From an uncultured Bacillota bacterium (GTDB lineage: Bacteria > Bacillota > Clostridia > Peptostreptococcales > Anaerovoracaceae): a stretch of DNA of 45,046 nucleotides. Below are positions 1 to 9,127 of this stretch, one piece after another; position 1 is the first letter of the stretch; the number at the start of each line of letters is the position of its first letter. The position numbers were made by a program, and so were the translations under genes. The notes beneath the pieces are model-generated. The model was not told where the DNA came from, ran no database searches, and saw nothing but the letters and a program-made list of their open reading frames with translations. The stretch is taken from the NCBI GenBank assembly GCA_946545145.1, contig CAMNNG010000001.1, forward strand, positions 1 to 45,046, read 5' to 3'.

Positions 1-16
1 GTAAGCAAATACGAAA

Positions 17-57
17 TCAAAAAGGCATCCGGTTTTCCGGATGCCTCTTGTTTTGCG
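17..57. terminator. Bidirectional intrinsic terminator downstream of serA
   Basis: 10-bp perfect stem AGGCATCCGG (23-32) / CCGGATGCCT (37-46) with a TTTT loop. An A-run lies upstream (T-run on the minus strand) and a T-rich run follows on the plus strand. Confidence 0.7.
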
Positions 58-87
58 TTTTTCGTTGATCGTTGCTTTGATCGCCGC

Positions 88-1257
88 TTACTTGATGACT
101 CTGACGTTGATGATGCCGTCGAAGTCCATCATTTCCATGAACTCGTCGTGCGTTACACCGTCGTCGCCGTCGATATCCATCATCGTGCAGGCGTATTCGC
201 CCTTGCTCTTGTTCGTCAGGTTCCTGATGTTGATGTGCAGGTCAGCCATGATACCTGTGATCTTTCCGAGCATTGACGGGATGTTGCGGTTGATGATGCA
301 GATCCTGCAGTTTGCTTCAGGGTCGAGGTCTCCCATCGAGCAGTTCGGATAGTTGACGGAGTTGACGATGTTGCCCTTTTCGATGTATTCGATAAGCGAT
401 TTCGCAGCCATCTGAGCGCAGTTGTCTTCAGCTTCGCTCGTGCTCGCGCCGAGGTGCGGCGTAGCTATGACTTTCTCGTGACCGATAAGCGTGCTGTTCG
501 GGAAGTCCGTCATGTAGTATCTGAGCTTTCCGGACTCGAGAGCTGCGAGGAGGGAATCCTCGTTGACGAGGGTGTCTCTCGCGTAGTTCATGAAGACTGC
601 TCCGTCCTTCATCTCGCTGAATCTTCTTGTATCTATCATTCCCTTAGTCGAATCGTTGACGGGAACGTGGATCGTTACAAAGTCGCACTCCGGAAGCATC
701 TGGCCGAGCTCCTGATAAACAGGGATGTTGTGCGAAAGTTCGTGGGCTGCGTGGATCGTGATGAACGGATCGTATCCCATTACTTTCATGCCGAGCTTGC
801 GGGCTGTGTTGGCTACGAGAACTCCGATAGCGCCCAGACCGATGACTCCGAGAGTCTTGCCGCTGATCTCGTTTCCGGCGAACTGGCTCTTGCCTTTTTC
901 GACTGTCTTCTTGACGTCTTCCTTCAGAGTGTCAGTCCATCTGATGGCGTCGGGGATGTTCCTGCTGGCCATGAGCATTCCTGCGATGACGAGCTCTTTG
1001 ACGGCGTTGGCGTTCGCTCCCGGCGTGTTGAATACGGCGATGCCCTGTTCAGCGCATCTGTCGAGAGGGATGTTGTTGACGCCTGCTCCCGCTCTTGCGA
1101 TAGCGAGAAGGTCTTTCGAGAACGACATCTCATGAATATCGGCGCTTCTGAGGATGATGCCGTCCGCCTGGTCCGGATCGTCGATGATCTGGTAATCGTT
1201 AGTAAATGTGCTAAGACCTCTGGGTGAGATCTTGTTCAGCGTAGCTATTTTGTACAT
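88..1257 (-). CDS. serA: D-3-phosphoglycerate dehydrogenase (short form with C-terminal ACT-like domain)
   Basis: 389-aa ORF with 2-hydroxyacid dehydrogenase architecture and NAD-binding motif GVIGLGAIG. SD GAGGTG lies 7 nt before the ATG. Divergent partner is serC. Confidence 0.9.
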   Translation of the reverse strand: MYKIATLNKISPRGLSTFTNDYQIIDDPDQADGIILRSADIHEMSFSKDLLAIARAGAGVNNIPLDRCAEQGIAVFNTPGANANAVKELVIAGMLMASRNIPDAIRWTDTLKEDVKKTVEKGKSQFAGNEISGKTLGVIGLGAIGVLVANTARKLGMKVMGYDPFITIHAAHELSHNIPVYQELGQMLPECDFVTIHVPVNDSTKGMIDTRRFSEMKDGAVFMNYARDTLVNEDSLLAALESGKLRYYMTDFPNSTLIGHEKVIATPHLGASTSEAEDNCAQMAAKSLIEYIEKGNIVNSVNYPNCSMGDLDPEANCRICIINRNIPSMLGKITGIMADLHINIRNLTNKSKGEYACTMMDIDGDDGVTHDEFMEMMDFDGIINVRVIK

Positions 1258-1293
1258 TCTTGTTCACCTCGTTTTTCATTACAGATGAGAGAG

Positions 1294-1332
1294 ATTATAA
1301 CACTTTACCCGTTTTCCGTAAAGTGTTATAAT
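1294..1332. promoter_or_regulatory. Mirrored divergent serA/serC promoters inside a perfect 15-bp inverted repeat
   Basis: ATTATAACACTTTAC (1294-1308), N9, GTAAAGTGTTATAAT (1318-1332). The plus strand has TGtTATAAT at 1324-1332 with TTTACC at 1304-1309 (17-nt spacer). The minus strand carries the mirror image, TATAAT = complement of 1294-1299 and TTTACG = complement of 1317-1322. Confidence 0.6.
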
Positions 1333-1355
1333 ACAATGCATATTGCTTAAAGAAC

Positions 1356-2456
1356 ATGGAGGTAGAACAGTTGGATAAGAGAGCTTTCAATTTTTCGGCA
1401 GGCCCGTCGACGCTCCCCCTCGAGGTGCTCGAAGAGGTAGCCCGCGAACTTATTAATTACAAAGGCTGCGGACAGTCCGTAATGGAGATGAGCCACAGGT
1501 CGAAAGAGTACAAACAGATCATAGAGGACGCAGAGGCGAACCTTCGCACTCTCCTCGACATTCCGGAGAACTACAAGGTGCTGTTCCTTCAGGGCGGCGG
1601 TACGCTGCAGTTCTCGATGGTCCCGATGAACCTCATGACGGGATCGAAGAAGGCGGACTACATCCTCACAGGATCGTGGGGCAAGAAGGCTGCCAAGGAA
1701 GCTGAAAAATTCGGTGACGTGAAGATAGCCGCTTCTTCGGAAGACGAGAACTTCACATATATCCCTGAGATAACAAAGGACATGATCAGGCAGGATGCCG
1801 ACTATGTCCACATCACATACAACGAGACTATCCACGGCACGCACTTTGCCGCCATCCCCGATGTCGGCGATGTACCGCTCGTAGCAGATATGTCATCGTG
1901 CATCCTTTCCGAGAAGATCGATGTTTCGAAGTTCGCTCTGATCTATGCAGGCGCTCAGAAGAACATCGCTCCGGCAGGTCTGACGATCGTCATTATCAGA
2001 GAAGACTTCATCGGAAAAGCTCCGGCAGACTGCCCGGTATATCTCGACTACAAGACGCACGCTGACAAGGATTCGATGTACAACACTCCGCCGTGCTGGA
2101 GCATCTATGTCGCAGGCGAAGTATTCAAGAACCTTCTTGCAAAGGGCGGCGTTGACGCCATCCATGAGATCAATGTCAGAAAGGCTGACAAACTCTATGC
2201 CTGCATCGACGAGAGCGAAATGTTCACATGCCCTGTCAGAAAAGAAGACAGATCCCTCATGAACGTCGTGTTCGTAAGTGGAGATGACGCTATGGACAAG
2301 GCCTTCGTCGCTGCAGGAAAAGAAGAAGGACTCCTCAACATCGGCGGACACAGATCCGTCGGCGGCATGCGCGCGAGCATATTCAACGCGATGCCTGAGG
2401 AAGGCGTTGATGCTCTCATAGACTTTATGAAGAAATTCGAGGAAGAGAATAAATGA
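1356..2456 (+). CDS. serC: Phosphoserine aminotransferase
   Basis: N-terminal FNFSAGP signature and PLP-lysine region AGAQKNIAPAG. ATG 1356 overlaps a GGAGG (1358-1362), so TTG 1371 (8 nt after that SD) may be the real start. Confidence 0.9.
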   Translation: MEVEQLDKRAFNFSAGPSTLPLEVLEEVARELINYKGCGQSVMEMSHRSKEYKQIIEDAEANLRTLLDIPENYKVLFLQGGGTLQFSMVPMNLMTGSKKADYILTGSWGKKAAKEAEKFGDVKIAASSEDENFTYIPEITKDMIRQDADYVHITYNETIHGTHFAAIPDVGDVPLVADMSSCILSEKIDVSKFALIYAGAQKNIAPAGLTIVIIREDFIGKAPADCPVYLDYKTHADKDSMYNTPPCWSIYVAGEVFKNLLAKGGVDAIHEINVRKADKLYACIDESEMFTCPVRKEDRSLMNVVFVSGDDAMDKAFVAAGKEEGLLNIGGHRSVGGMRASIFNAMPEEGVDALIDFMKKFEEENK

Positions 2457-3775
2457 GCAAAAGATTCATCAGTTTTCTCATGGCTGTGATGGTGATGATC
2501 GGGTGCACCGCGGCTCCGGCTTTTGCCGAGGACGCTGAAGAGCCTGATCTTCACTGCAAGGCAGCGCTTTTAGTAGACACGAAGACAGATCAGGTAATAT
2601 ACGAAAAGAACAGTCATAAAAAGCTGCCTATGGCTTCGCTTACAAAAATGATGACATGCCTCCTCGTTATGGAGAACCTCGACCTTAACAAAAAGGTCAC
2701 GATCCCCGCAGAGGCGACAGGCTACATCGGGAGCGCGATAGGGCTCAAGAAGGGCGAAGTCTTCACGGTAGAGGAACTTTTGAACGCGCTGATGATATAT
2801 TCGGCGAACGACTGCGCCGTGGCTCTCGGCATTGAGATAGCGGGCAGCCACCTCAAGTTCGTTGAGATGATGAATGCACGCGCGGAAGAGCTGGGTCTTG
2901 AGAACACGTTCTTCCTGAACGCGAACGGCTTTACGAACGACAAGGATCATCATACTACGGCTAACGATCTGTATGTGATAGCCAAGATGATAATGCAGTA
3001 TCCCGAGGTGAAGAAGATAACCTCGAAGAAGTCGTTCACGATGCCCGCGACCACAGAGAGCGGCCCTAGAAAGCTCGATACGACGAACGGTCTTCTGAAA
3101 AAGAAGATGCACTATGACGGAACGTACGGCATCAAGACGGGCTTCATGGGAGCATCCGGATACTGCTTTGTCGGAGGAGCTGAGAGGGACGGTATGGACC
3201 TCATCTGCGTCGTTTTGAACGATGAGACGAGAAAAGAAAGTTTCCAGGACGCCATCGCGATGTTCGACTACGGATTCAACAACTTCTACACTGAGAAGAT
3301 GGTCAAGAAGGGCAGCGGCACAGGAAACGTCAAGGTCAGGTACGGACATGAGACCTTCGTTCCGACAGAGACGAAGGAAGACGGATACATCACGCTGCCG
3401 ACGCAGGCCGATGATTCGATGGCCTCTACGGATATCAAATTCGACGAGGGCATCAAGGCCCCGATCAAGAAGGGCACCAAGGTCGGCGTAGTCGAGATGA
3501 TCGAAGACGGCAAGGTCGTCAGCACGACAGATATCGTCATCACGAGAGATGTCAAGAAGGGCGGACCGTGGTCCGCATGGTATATATCCGATATGATGTT
3601 CTATATCGCGGCCGCGCTCATAATAGCGTTCTTTGCGATAATCATATCGATGAACGTCCGCCGCAAGAAGAAGATCGCTGCGATCGAGGCTGAGAAAGCC
3701 AGAAGGCAGGCGGAGCACGAAGCTATACTGAAAGCTGAAAAAGAGGACAAGATCAGGAGGGACTGGCCGTTCTGA
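2453..3775 (+). CDS. Serine-type D-Ala-D-Ala carboxypeptidase (peptidase S11, PBP5-like) with signal peptide and C-terminal TM anchor
   Basis: Motifs SLTK (SxxK), SAND (SxN) and KTG are present. Signal peptide ends AFA/ED. The ATGA start overlaps the serC stop. Confidence 0.85.
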   Translation: MSKRFISFLMAVMVMIGCTAAPAFAEDAEEPDLHCKAALLVDTKTDQVIYEKNSHKKLPMASLTKMMTCLLVMENLDLNKKVTIPAEATGYIGSAIGLKKGEVFTVEELLNALMIYSANDCAVALGIEIAGSHLKFVEMMNARAEELGLENTFFLNANGFTNDKDHHTTANDLYVIAKMIMQYPEVKKITSKKSFTMPATTESGPRKLDTTNGLLKKKMHYDGTYGIKTGFMGASGYCFVGGAERDGMDLICVVLNDETRKESFQDAIAMFDYGFNNFYTEKMVKKGSGTGNVKVRYGHETFVPTETKEDGYITLPTQADDSMASTDIKFDEGIKAPIKKGTKVGVVEMIEDGKVVSTTDIVITRDVKKGGPWSAWYISDMMFYIAAALIIAFFAIIISMNVRRKKKIAAIEAEKARRQAEHEAILKAEKEDKIRRDWPF

Positions 3776-5616
3776 TGTTCGACATCAAAGAGAATCTTAA
3801 AAAACTCCCGGACAGCCCGGGAGTTTATATTCATAAGGACAAACTGGGGCAGGTTATCTACGTCGGGAAAGCGATCTCGCTCAGAAACCGAGTGCGCCAG
3901 TATTTCCAGTCGTCCAGAAATATGGACCCGAAGGTCAGGTCCATGGCTTCCAACATCGCTGAGTTCGAGTACATCAACTGCGGCAGCGAGATGGAAGCCT
4001 TTATCCTCGAGTGCAATCTCATCAAAAGATACAGACCGAAATACAATATCCTTTTAAGAGACGACAAGACATACCCGTATATCAAGGTCACGCTGAGCGA
4101 GGAGTGGCCGAGGGTCGTCAAGACCAGAGAGGTCAAAAAGGGATCGGACAAATACTTCGGCCCGTACAGCGATGTCGGCTCGGTCAACATGATGGTCGAC
4201 CTTCTGAACGACATCTACCGCCTGAAAAGGTGCAGTAAGCAGAAATTCCCGAGAGGCCACAGACCCTGCCTCAACATGCACATAGGAGCCTGCGACGGCA
4301 TATGCATAGGAGCGGCCGACCGCAAGGCATATATGGAGAGGATAGGCCTCGTCCTCGATTATCTGAGAGGACATGGCAAGGATATAGAGCGCTATCTCGA
4401 GGACAACATGAAGAAGGCATCCGACGCTCTTGACTACGAGAGGGCTGCGCGCTTCAGGGACCACCTTCTGGCGGCGAGGGCCCTTCACGAAAAGCAGCGC
4501 GTCGTTCTCGGCGATTCGAAGGATGTCGATATAGCTATCGGCTTCGGAAGGGAGAGAGTGGCAGTCTTCTTCGTAAGAGACGGAAAACTCCAGGGAAGAG
4601 AGTCGTACAATCTGTCCGCCGCCGGCGCGGAAAGCAACCCTGAGCTGGTAGGGGAGTTCATCAGGCAGCACTACGGCAGCATGACAGACGGCCCGGGCGA
4701 GATCCTGCTCGAGACGGAAGTGCCCGAGATGGAGATGACGCAGGAATACCTCTCGCAGCTCTGGGGAAGGAAGGTCCAGCTCCACGTTCCGAAGAGGGGC
4801 GAGAAGAAAGCCGTGCTCGATCTTGCTGTAAAGGACGCGCGCGATATGGAGCGCACGATAGAAGACAGAGAAAAGAGCAAGGAAGAGCGCGTCAGGAGGC
4901 TTGCCGGTGAGATAGGCGACGTACTGGACGCCGCGGGATATGGAAGGAAGCCCGAAGGAGAAGAGTACCGCGTGGAAGCTTACGACATATCAAACACGAA
5001 CGGCCTGGACTCGGTAGGCGGCATGGTGGTCTTCAAAGGTCTTTCAAAGGAGAGGAAGGCTTACAGAAGGTTCAAGATAAGGACGGTCGACGGACCCGAC
5101 GACTACGGCAGCATGCAGGAGGTCCTCTACAGACGCTTCAACAGGGCCAAGGCGGGAGATCCGGGATTCTCGGTGCTTCCGGACATCCTCCTCATGGACG
5201 GCGGCAGAGGCCACGTGTCAGCGGCGCATGAGATGACGGACGCCATGGGCATAGACATACCCATCATCGGTATGGTCAAAGATGACGACCACAGGACGAG
5301 GGCGCTGGTGTACATAGACGGCGACGGCTTCGGCGAGATACCGCTGAAGGACAAACCGCTCCTGTTCAGCTATATGGGAACGATACAGGAGGAGGTCCAC
5401 CGCTTCGCGATAGATTATCACAGGTCGCTGAGGGACAAAGGAAAGCTCCATTCAGTGCTCGACGAGATCGAAGGAGTAGGGCCGGTGAGGCGCAACGCTC
5501 TTCTGGAGCATTTCGGCAGCGTGGAGAAAATACGCTCTGCGACTGAAGAGGAACTGCTCGAAGCGCCCGGCATAACGGAAAAGGTGGCTCATGAAATATA
5601 CGAGTATTTTCATTGA
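3775..5616 (+). CDS. uvrC: Excinuclease ABC subunit C
   Basis: 613 aa with an N-terminal GIY-YIG block (GVYIHKD...GQVIYVGKA...RVRQY), a UVR domain and a C-terminal HhH. The start shares 1 nt with the upstream stop. Confidence 0.95.
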   Translation: MFDIKENLKKLPDSPGVYIHKDKLGQVIYVGKAISLRNRVRQYFQSSRNMDPKVRSMASNIAEFEYINCGSEMEAFILECNLIKRYRPKYNILLRDDKTYPYIKVTLSEEWPRVVKTREVKKGSDKYFGPYSDVGSVNMMVDLLNDIYRLKRCSKQKFPRGHRPCLNMHIGACDGICIGAADRKAYMERIGLVLDYLRGHGKDIERYLEDNMKKASDALDYERAARFRDHLLAARALHEKQRVVLGDSKDVDIAIGFGRERVAVFFVRDGKLQGRESYNLSAAGAESNPELVGEFIRQHYGSMTDGPGEILLETEVPEMEMTQEYLSQLWGRKVQLHVPKRGEKKAVLDLAVKDARDMERTIEDREKSKEERVRRLAGEIGDVLDAAGYGRKPEGEEYRVEAYDISNTNGLDSVGGMVVFKGLSKERKAYRRFKIRTVDGPDDYGSMQEVLYRRFNRAKAGDPGFSVLPDILLMDGGRGHVSAAHEMTDAMGIDIPIIGMVKDDDHRTRALVYIDGDGFGEIPLKDKPLLFSYMGTIQEEVHRFAIDYHRSLRDKGKLHSVLDEIEGVGPVRRNALLEHFGSVEKIRSATEEELLEAPGITEKVAHEIYEYFH

Positions 5617-5683
5617 TTTAGCGAGCCATTGATGGTATATTAGACAGAGATTTTTAATGATCACTATTCAGGAGGAAACTGAA

Positions 5684-5941
5684 ATGGCAAAAGACGAAAC
5701 TGAGGTAATAACACTGGAATTCGACGACGGTGAAGAGGTCGAATGCACTATCATCGGTGTATTTGATTACAACGGCAAAGATTATATAGCTCTTGATCCG
5801 GATGACGAATCCGGCGATGCTTATATCTATGGATACAGAGAAGTAGGTGATGATGAATTCGAACTTCTCGACATAGAGGACGAAGACGAATTCGCGGCCG
5901 CTGCAAAAGAATTTGAAGCGATCATGAGCGAAATGAATTAA
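5684..5941 (+). CDS. DUF1292 (UPF0473) family small acidic protein
   Basis: Typical sequence ITLEFDDGEEVECTIIGVFDYNGKDYIALDP. GGAGG at 5671-5675 sits 8 nt before ATG 5684, so the track start at 5657 is probably too far upstream. Confidence 0.8.
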   Translation: MAKDETEVITLEFDDGEEVECTIIGVFDYNGKDYIALDPDDESGDAYIYGYREVGDDEFELLDIEDEDEFAAAAKEFEAIMSEMN

Positions 5942-5947
5942 TTGTTG

Positions 5948-5976
5948 TTGACAATTGAAGCGGTATTGATTAAAAT
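5948..5976 (+). promoter_or_regulatory. Sigma-A promoter of tRNA-Leu
   Basis: TTGACA (5948-5953), 17-nt spacer, TAAAAT (5971-5976), about 25 nt upstream of the tRNA 5' end. Confidence 0.7.
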
Positions 5977-6001
5977 AGTCATGTTGCATCGCTTCATATT
6001 T

Positions 6002-6088
6002 GCGGATGTGGCGGAATTGGCAGACGCGCACGGTTCAGGTCCGTGTGAAAGCAATTTCATGCAGGTTCAACTCCTGTCATCCGCACCA
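6002..6088 (+). tRNA. tRNA-Leu (anticodon CAG), class II with long variable arm, CCA encoded
   Basis: Acceptor stem GCGGATG/CATCCGC. Anticodon stem CACGG/CCGTG with loop TTCAGGT. Variable arm TGAAA-GCAA-TTTCA. T-loop GGTTCAACTCC and a 3' ACCA. Confidence 0.93.
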
Positions 6089-6093
6089 TTCAA

Positions 6094-6125
6094 ACCCGCA
6101 GATGATATCTGCGGGTTTTGCTTTT
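6094..6125 (+). terminator. Intrinsic terminator after tRNA-Leu
   Basis: Stem ACCCGCAGAT (6094-6103) / ATCTGCGGGT (6107-6116) with a 3-nt loop, followed by TTTTGCTTTT. Confidence 0.8.
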
Positions 6126-6157
6126 CCGGATTTTTTGCATAATCAGCGCATTTGCTC

Positions 6158-6186
6158 TTTAAATTTGCTCAAAACTCGGATATAAT
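6158..6186 (+). promoter_or_regulatory. Candidate promoter of aspartate kinase gene
   Basis: TTTAAA (6158-6163), 17-nt spacer, TATAAT (6181-6186). Confidence 0.45.
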
Positions 6187-6251
6187 TGCATTTCAATAAT
6201 ACGTTAATGCGATGAAGTGAATGACAGAAAAGTTAGGAGAGTTTCAGGGAA

Positions 6252-7562
6252 ATGGGAATCAAAGTTGCCAAATTCGGGGGTTCGTCTGTGGCCGACGGTA
6301 TCCAGCTTGCAAAGCTAAAGGAGATCGTTGAAGCAGATGCTGACAGAAAGTACATCATCGTCTCGGCGCCGGGAAAGCGCTTCGACGGAGATAACAAGAT
6401 AACTGACCTTCTCTACATGTGTAAGGCACAGAAGGATCAGAACATACCGGCCGACCAGCTGTTCCAGGTAATAACGGACAGATTCAACGCGCTGGTGCTG
6501 AGCCTGGGACTCGATGTCAATCTGACAGGCGAGATCCAGACTATCAGAAAGAATCTCGAAGAGGGATGCTCCGCAGACTACATCGCGAGCAGAGGCGAAT
6601 ACCTTTCGGCGATCGTTACGGCTGCTTATCTCGGATATGACTTCGTAGATACTGCAGGCCTCATCCTCTTCGACAAGAAGGGCCGCCTCATGGCTGAGGA
6701 GACGAACGAAGCCCTCGCGGCCGAGCTCGCAAAACATGAACGCGCAGTCATCCCCGGTTTCTACGGATCGTCCGCAGAGACAGGTGAGATCAAGGTCTTC
6801 TCGCGCGGCGGATCGGACATCACGGGATCCCTCGTTGCAAGAGCTGTCGCTGCCGACATGTACGAGAACTGGACTGACGTTTCCGGCTTCCTGATGACTG
6901 ATCCGAGGATCGTAGACAACCCGAAGCCGATCGAAAGGATCTCATACATAGAGCTCAGAGAGCTTGCTTACATGGGCGCGAACGTCCTGCACGAAGACGC
7001 GATCTACCCCGCAAGGAACGCGGGCGTTCCGATCAACATCAGGAACACGAACAAACCTGAGGATCCGGGCACGATCATCACAGCCGAGATGGAAGCGAGC
7101 GACAGGATCGTAAGCGGCATCGCGGGCCACAAGAACTTTACTGTAATCGCGATATACAAGAACACTCTGAACGCAGAGGTCGGTATCATCAGAAAGCTGC
7201 TGTCCGTACTCGAGGACAACAACATCAGCTTCGAGCACATGCCGTCAGGTATCGATACGGTATCGCTCGTCATCAGCAATGACGAACTCGACGGAAAGCT
7301 CGACGATCTCATCGAGCAGATCGAAGCAAGGATGAAGCCCGACAGCATCGAAGTCCACGACGACATCGCTCTGCTGGCGGTAGTAGGAGCCGGCATGGAC
7401 AGAAAGCCGGGTACATCGGCCAGGATATTCACGGCGCTTGCTGAGAACAACGTCAACATCAGGATGATCGACCAGGGATCTAGCGAGATCAACATCATCA
7501 TCGGCGTTTCGAACGACGACTTCGAGACGGCCATCAGGGCGATCTACAAGGCGTTTGAGTAA
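6252..7562 (+). CDS. lysC: Aspartate kinase (monofunctional, two C-terminal ACT domains)
   Basis: N-terminal KFGGSSV and IIVSAPGK motifs. The C-terminal ACT region reads LLAVVGAGM...IRMIDQGSSEINI. Confidence 0.9.
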   Translation: MGIKVAKFGGSSVADGIQLAKLKEIVEADADRKYIIVSAPGKRFDGDNKITDLLYMCKAQKDQNIPADQLFQVITDRFNALVLSLGLDVNLTGEIQTIRKNLEEGCSADYIASRGEYLSAIVTAAYLGYDFVDTAGLILFDKKGRLMAEETNEALAAELAKHERAVIPGFYGSSAETGEIKVFSRGGSDITGSLVARAVAADMYENWTDVSGFLMTDPRIVDNPKPIERISYIELRELAYMGANVLHEDAIYPARNAGVPINIRNTNKPEDPGTIITAEMEASDRIVSGIAGHKNFTVIAIYKNTLNAEVGIIRKLLSVLEDNNISFEHMPSGIDTVSLVISNDELDGKLDDLIEQIEARMKPDSIEVHDDIALLAVVGAGMDRKPGTSARIFTALAENNVNIRMIDQGSSEINIIIGVSNDDFETAIRAIYKAFE

Positions 7563-7595
7563 GCGGATACGGATCACAAATACTATGAATAATAA

Positions 7596-7630
7596 GGCGG
7601 CGCTTCCGGAAGGGAGGCGCCGCTCTTTGT
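7596..7630 (+). terminator. Intrinsic terminator after aspartate kinase gene
   Basis: GC-rich stem GCGGCGCTTCC / GGGAGGCGCCGC (about 11 bp including one G-T pair), followed by TCTTTGTATT. Confidence 0.7.
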
Positions 7631-7631
7631 A

Positions 7632-7660
7632 TTGACAGACCGGAGCTAAAAGGGTACAAT
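7632..7660 (+). promoter_or_regulatory. Sigma-A promoter of radA
   Basis: TTGACA (7632-7637), 17-nt spacer, TACAAT (7655-7660). Confidence 0.65.
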
Positions 7661-7714
7661 ACGAAAAGAGAACAAATGTTCGCAAAGTGAATGAAAACAA
7701 GGAGCTTAGTATCA

Positions 7715-9127
7715 ATGGCTAAAAGAGCAAAATCTGTATTCGTCTGTCAGGAGTGCGGATACGAGAGCCCGAAGTGGATGGGCCAGTGCATATGCGGAGC
7801 GTGGAACACCTTCGTTGAAGAAAAGGTGGTGGACGGAGCGATCGCGTCCAAGACTGCATCCGCGAGGCGGACGGGAAAGGACGGAAAGAGACCGAAGCCT
7901 GCCGCTCTTAAGGATATCAGGGCGGAGAGCGGGACAGACCGTCTCGGGACGGGCATAGGTGAACTCGACAGGGTGCTCGGAGGCGGCATCGTGAAGGGTT
8001 CGCTTACTCTGATCTCGGGCGAGCCAGGGATCGGAAAGTCCACGATAATACTGCAGGCAGCTTCCAACATAGCGAAGAGATACGGAAAGGTCCTTTATGT
8101 TTCGGGCGAAGAGTCGACGGAGCAGATCAAGCTGAGGGCGGACCGCATCTGCCCTGACATGAGTCCTGATCTGTTCATCCTCGCCGAGACCAATATGGAG
8201 AATATAGGGGCCGTGTGTGAGGAACTGGAGCCCGTCTTCGTCATAATAGACTCGATCCAGACCATGTATACGGAGCTTCTTGATTCCGCGCCGGGCAGCG
8301 TGTCTCAGGTGCGCGCCTGCGGCAACGAGATGATGAGGATAGGAAAGACGGAGGGGGTACCGATATTCATAGTCGCTCATGTCACGAAGAGCGGAGACCT
8401 TGCGGGCCCGAAGATCGTGGAGCATCTGGTGGACTGCGTCCTCAACTTTTCAGGTGAGAGGAACAGAGAGCTCAGGATACTTCGCGCCTTCAAGAACAGG
8501 TTCGGCACGACGAGCGAGATAGGCGCCTTCGAGATGGCGGAGAAGGGCCTTATCGAGATCAGCGACCTTTCCAGCCGCTTCCTGGAGGATATAGACGACA
8601 AGAGCGAAGGCTCCATGGTCACGGCCGTATACGAGGGAACGAGGCCCCTCCTTCTTGAGGTGCAGGCCCTCACGGCTTCGACGAATATGAGCTTTGCCAG
8701 AAGGACGGCTCTCGGCGTCGACAGCCAGAGGCTGAACATGATCATAGCCGTGATGGAGCGTCATCTCGGGATGTCTCTCGTTGACAAAGATGTATATGTC
8801 AACATAGTCGGAGGCATCAGGCCGGAGGGAACGTCCACCGACCTTGCTGTGGCGCTTGCGATCTATTCGACGGCAAGAGGCATAGCTTCATCGAAGGATA
8901 CGCTGGCCCTGGGAGAGATAGGTCTTACGGGTGATCTGAGGGCCGTACAGCACGCTGAGAAGATCATCAAAGAGGCCGAGCGGATGGGCGCAAAAAATAT
9001 AATACTCCCCGAGTCTCAGACGGCAAAGCTGTCTGCTTCTTCCCGGGGAGGCGGTATTCGTGTGCACGGAGCAAAGGATCTTGCCGGTGCTGTCAGGATA
9101 TATACAGAGCTGGTCAGACGCAGCTAG
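7715..9127 (+). CDS. radA: DNA repair protein RadA/Sms
   Basis: Zn finger CQECGYESPKWMGQCICGAWNTF, Walker A GEPGIGKST, KNRFG motif and a Lon-like C-terminal domain. AAGGAG at 7699-7704 favours ATG 7715 over the track start at 7691. Confidence 0.93.
   Translation: MAKRAKSVFVCQECGYESPKWMGQCICGAWNTFVEEKVVDGAIASKTASARRTGKDGKRPKPAALKDIRAESGTDRLGTGIGELDRVLGGGIVKGSLTLISGEPGIGKSTIILQAASNIAKRYGKVLYVSGEESTEQIKLRADRICPDMSPDLFILAETNMENIGAVCEELEPVFVIIDSIQTMYTELLDSAPGSVSQVRACGNEMMRIGKTEGVPIFIVAHVTKSGDLAGPKIVEHLVDCVLNFSGERNRELRILRAFKNRFGTTSEIGAFEMAEKGLIEISDLSSRFLEDIDDKSEGSMVTAVYEGTRPLLLEVQALTASTNMSFARRTALGVDSQRLNMIIAVMERHLGMSLVDKDVYVNIVGGIRPEGTSTDLAVALAIYSTARGIASSKDTLALGEIGLTGDLRAVQHAEKIIKEAERMGAKNIILPESQTAKLSASSRGGGIRVHGAKDLAGAVRIYTELVRRS

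Noticed and set aside
2570-3718. Other long antisense or alternative-frame ORFs. Examples are 454..1227(+), 2570..3718(-), 4054..4785(-), 7712..8425(-), 10439..11287(+), 11816..12799(-), 13657..14325(-), 14586..15434(-), 16213..17379(-), 18110..19012(-), 20981..21754(-), 23306..24214(-), 28270..29439(-), 30645..31730(-), 33930..34508(-) and 41205..42014(-).
   Set aside because: Each lies inside or opposite a CDS with strong family signatures, and most are in the codon-aligned antisense frame. None has a convincing RBS or recognisable motifs.
5942-6185. ORFs 5942..6142(+) and 6000..6185(+).
   Set aside because: They overlap the tRNA-Leu gene together with its promoter and terminator.
7573-7583. 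The 11-mer ATCACAAATAC downstream of lysC is identical to the copy at 11271-11281 in the RR/CYTH spacer.
   Set aside because: My rough estimate is that about one such shared 11-mer is expected by chance among the roughly 3 kb of intergenic DNA here. This copy lies between a stop codon and its terminator, not in a promoter region.
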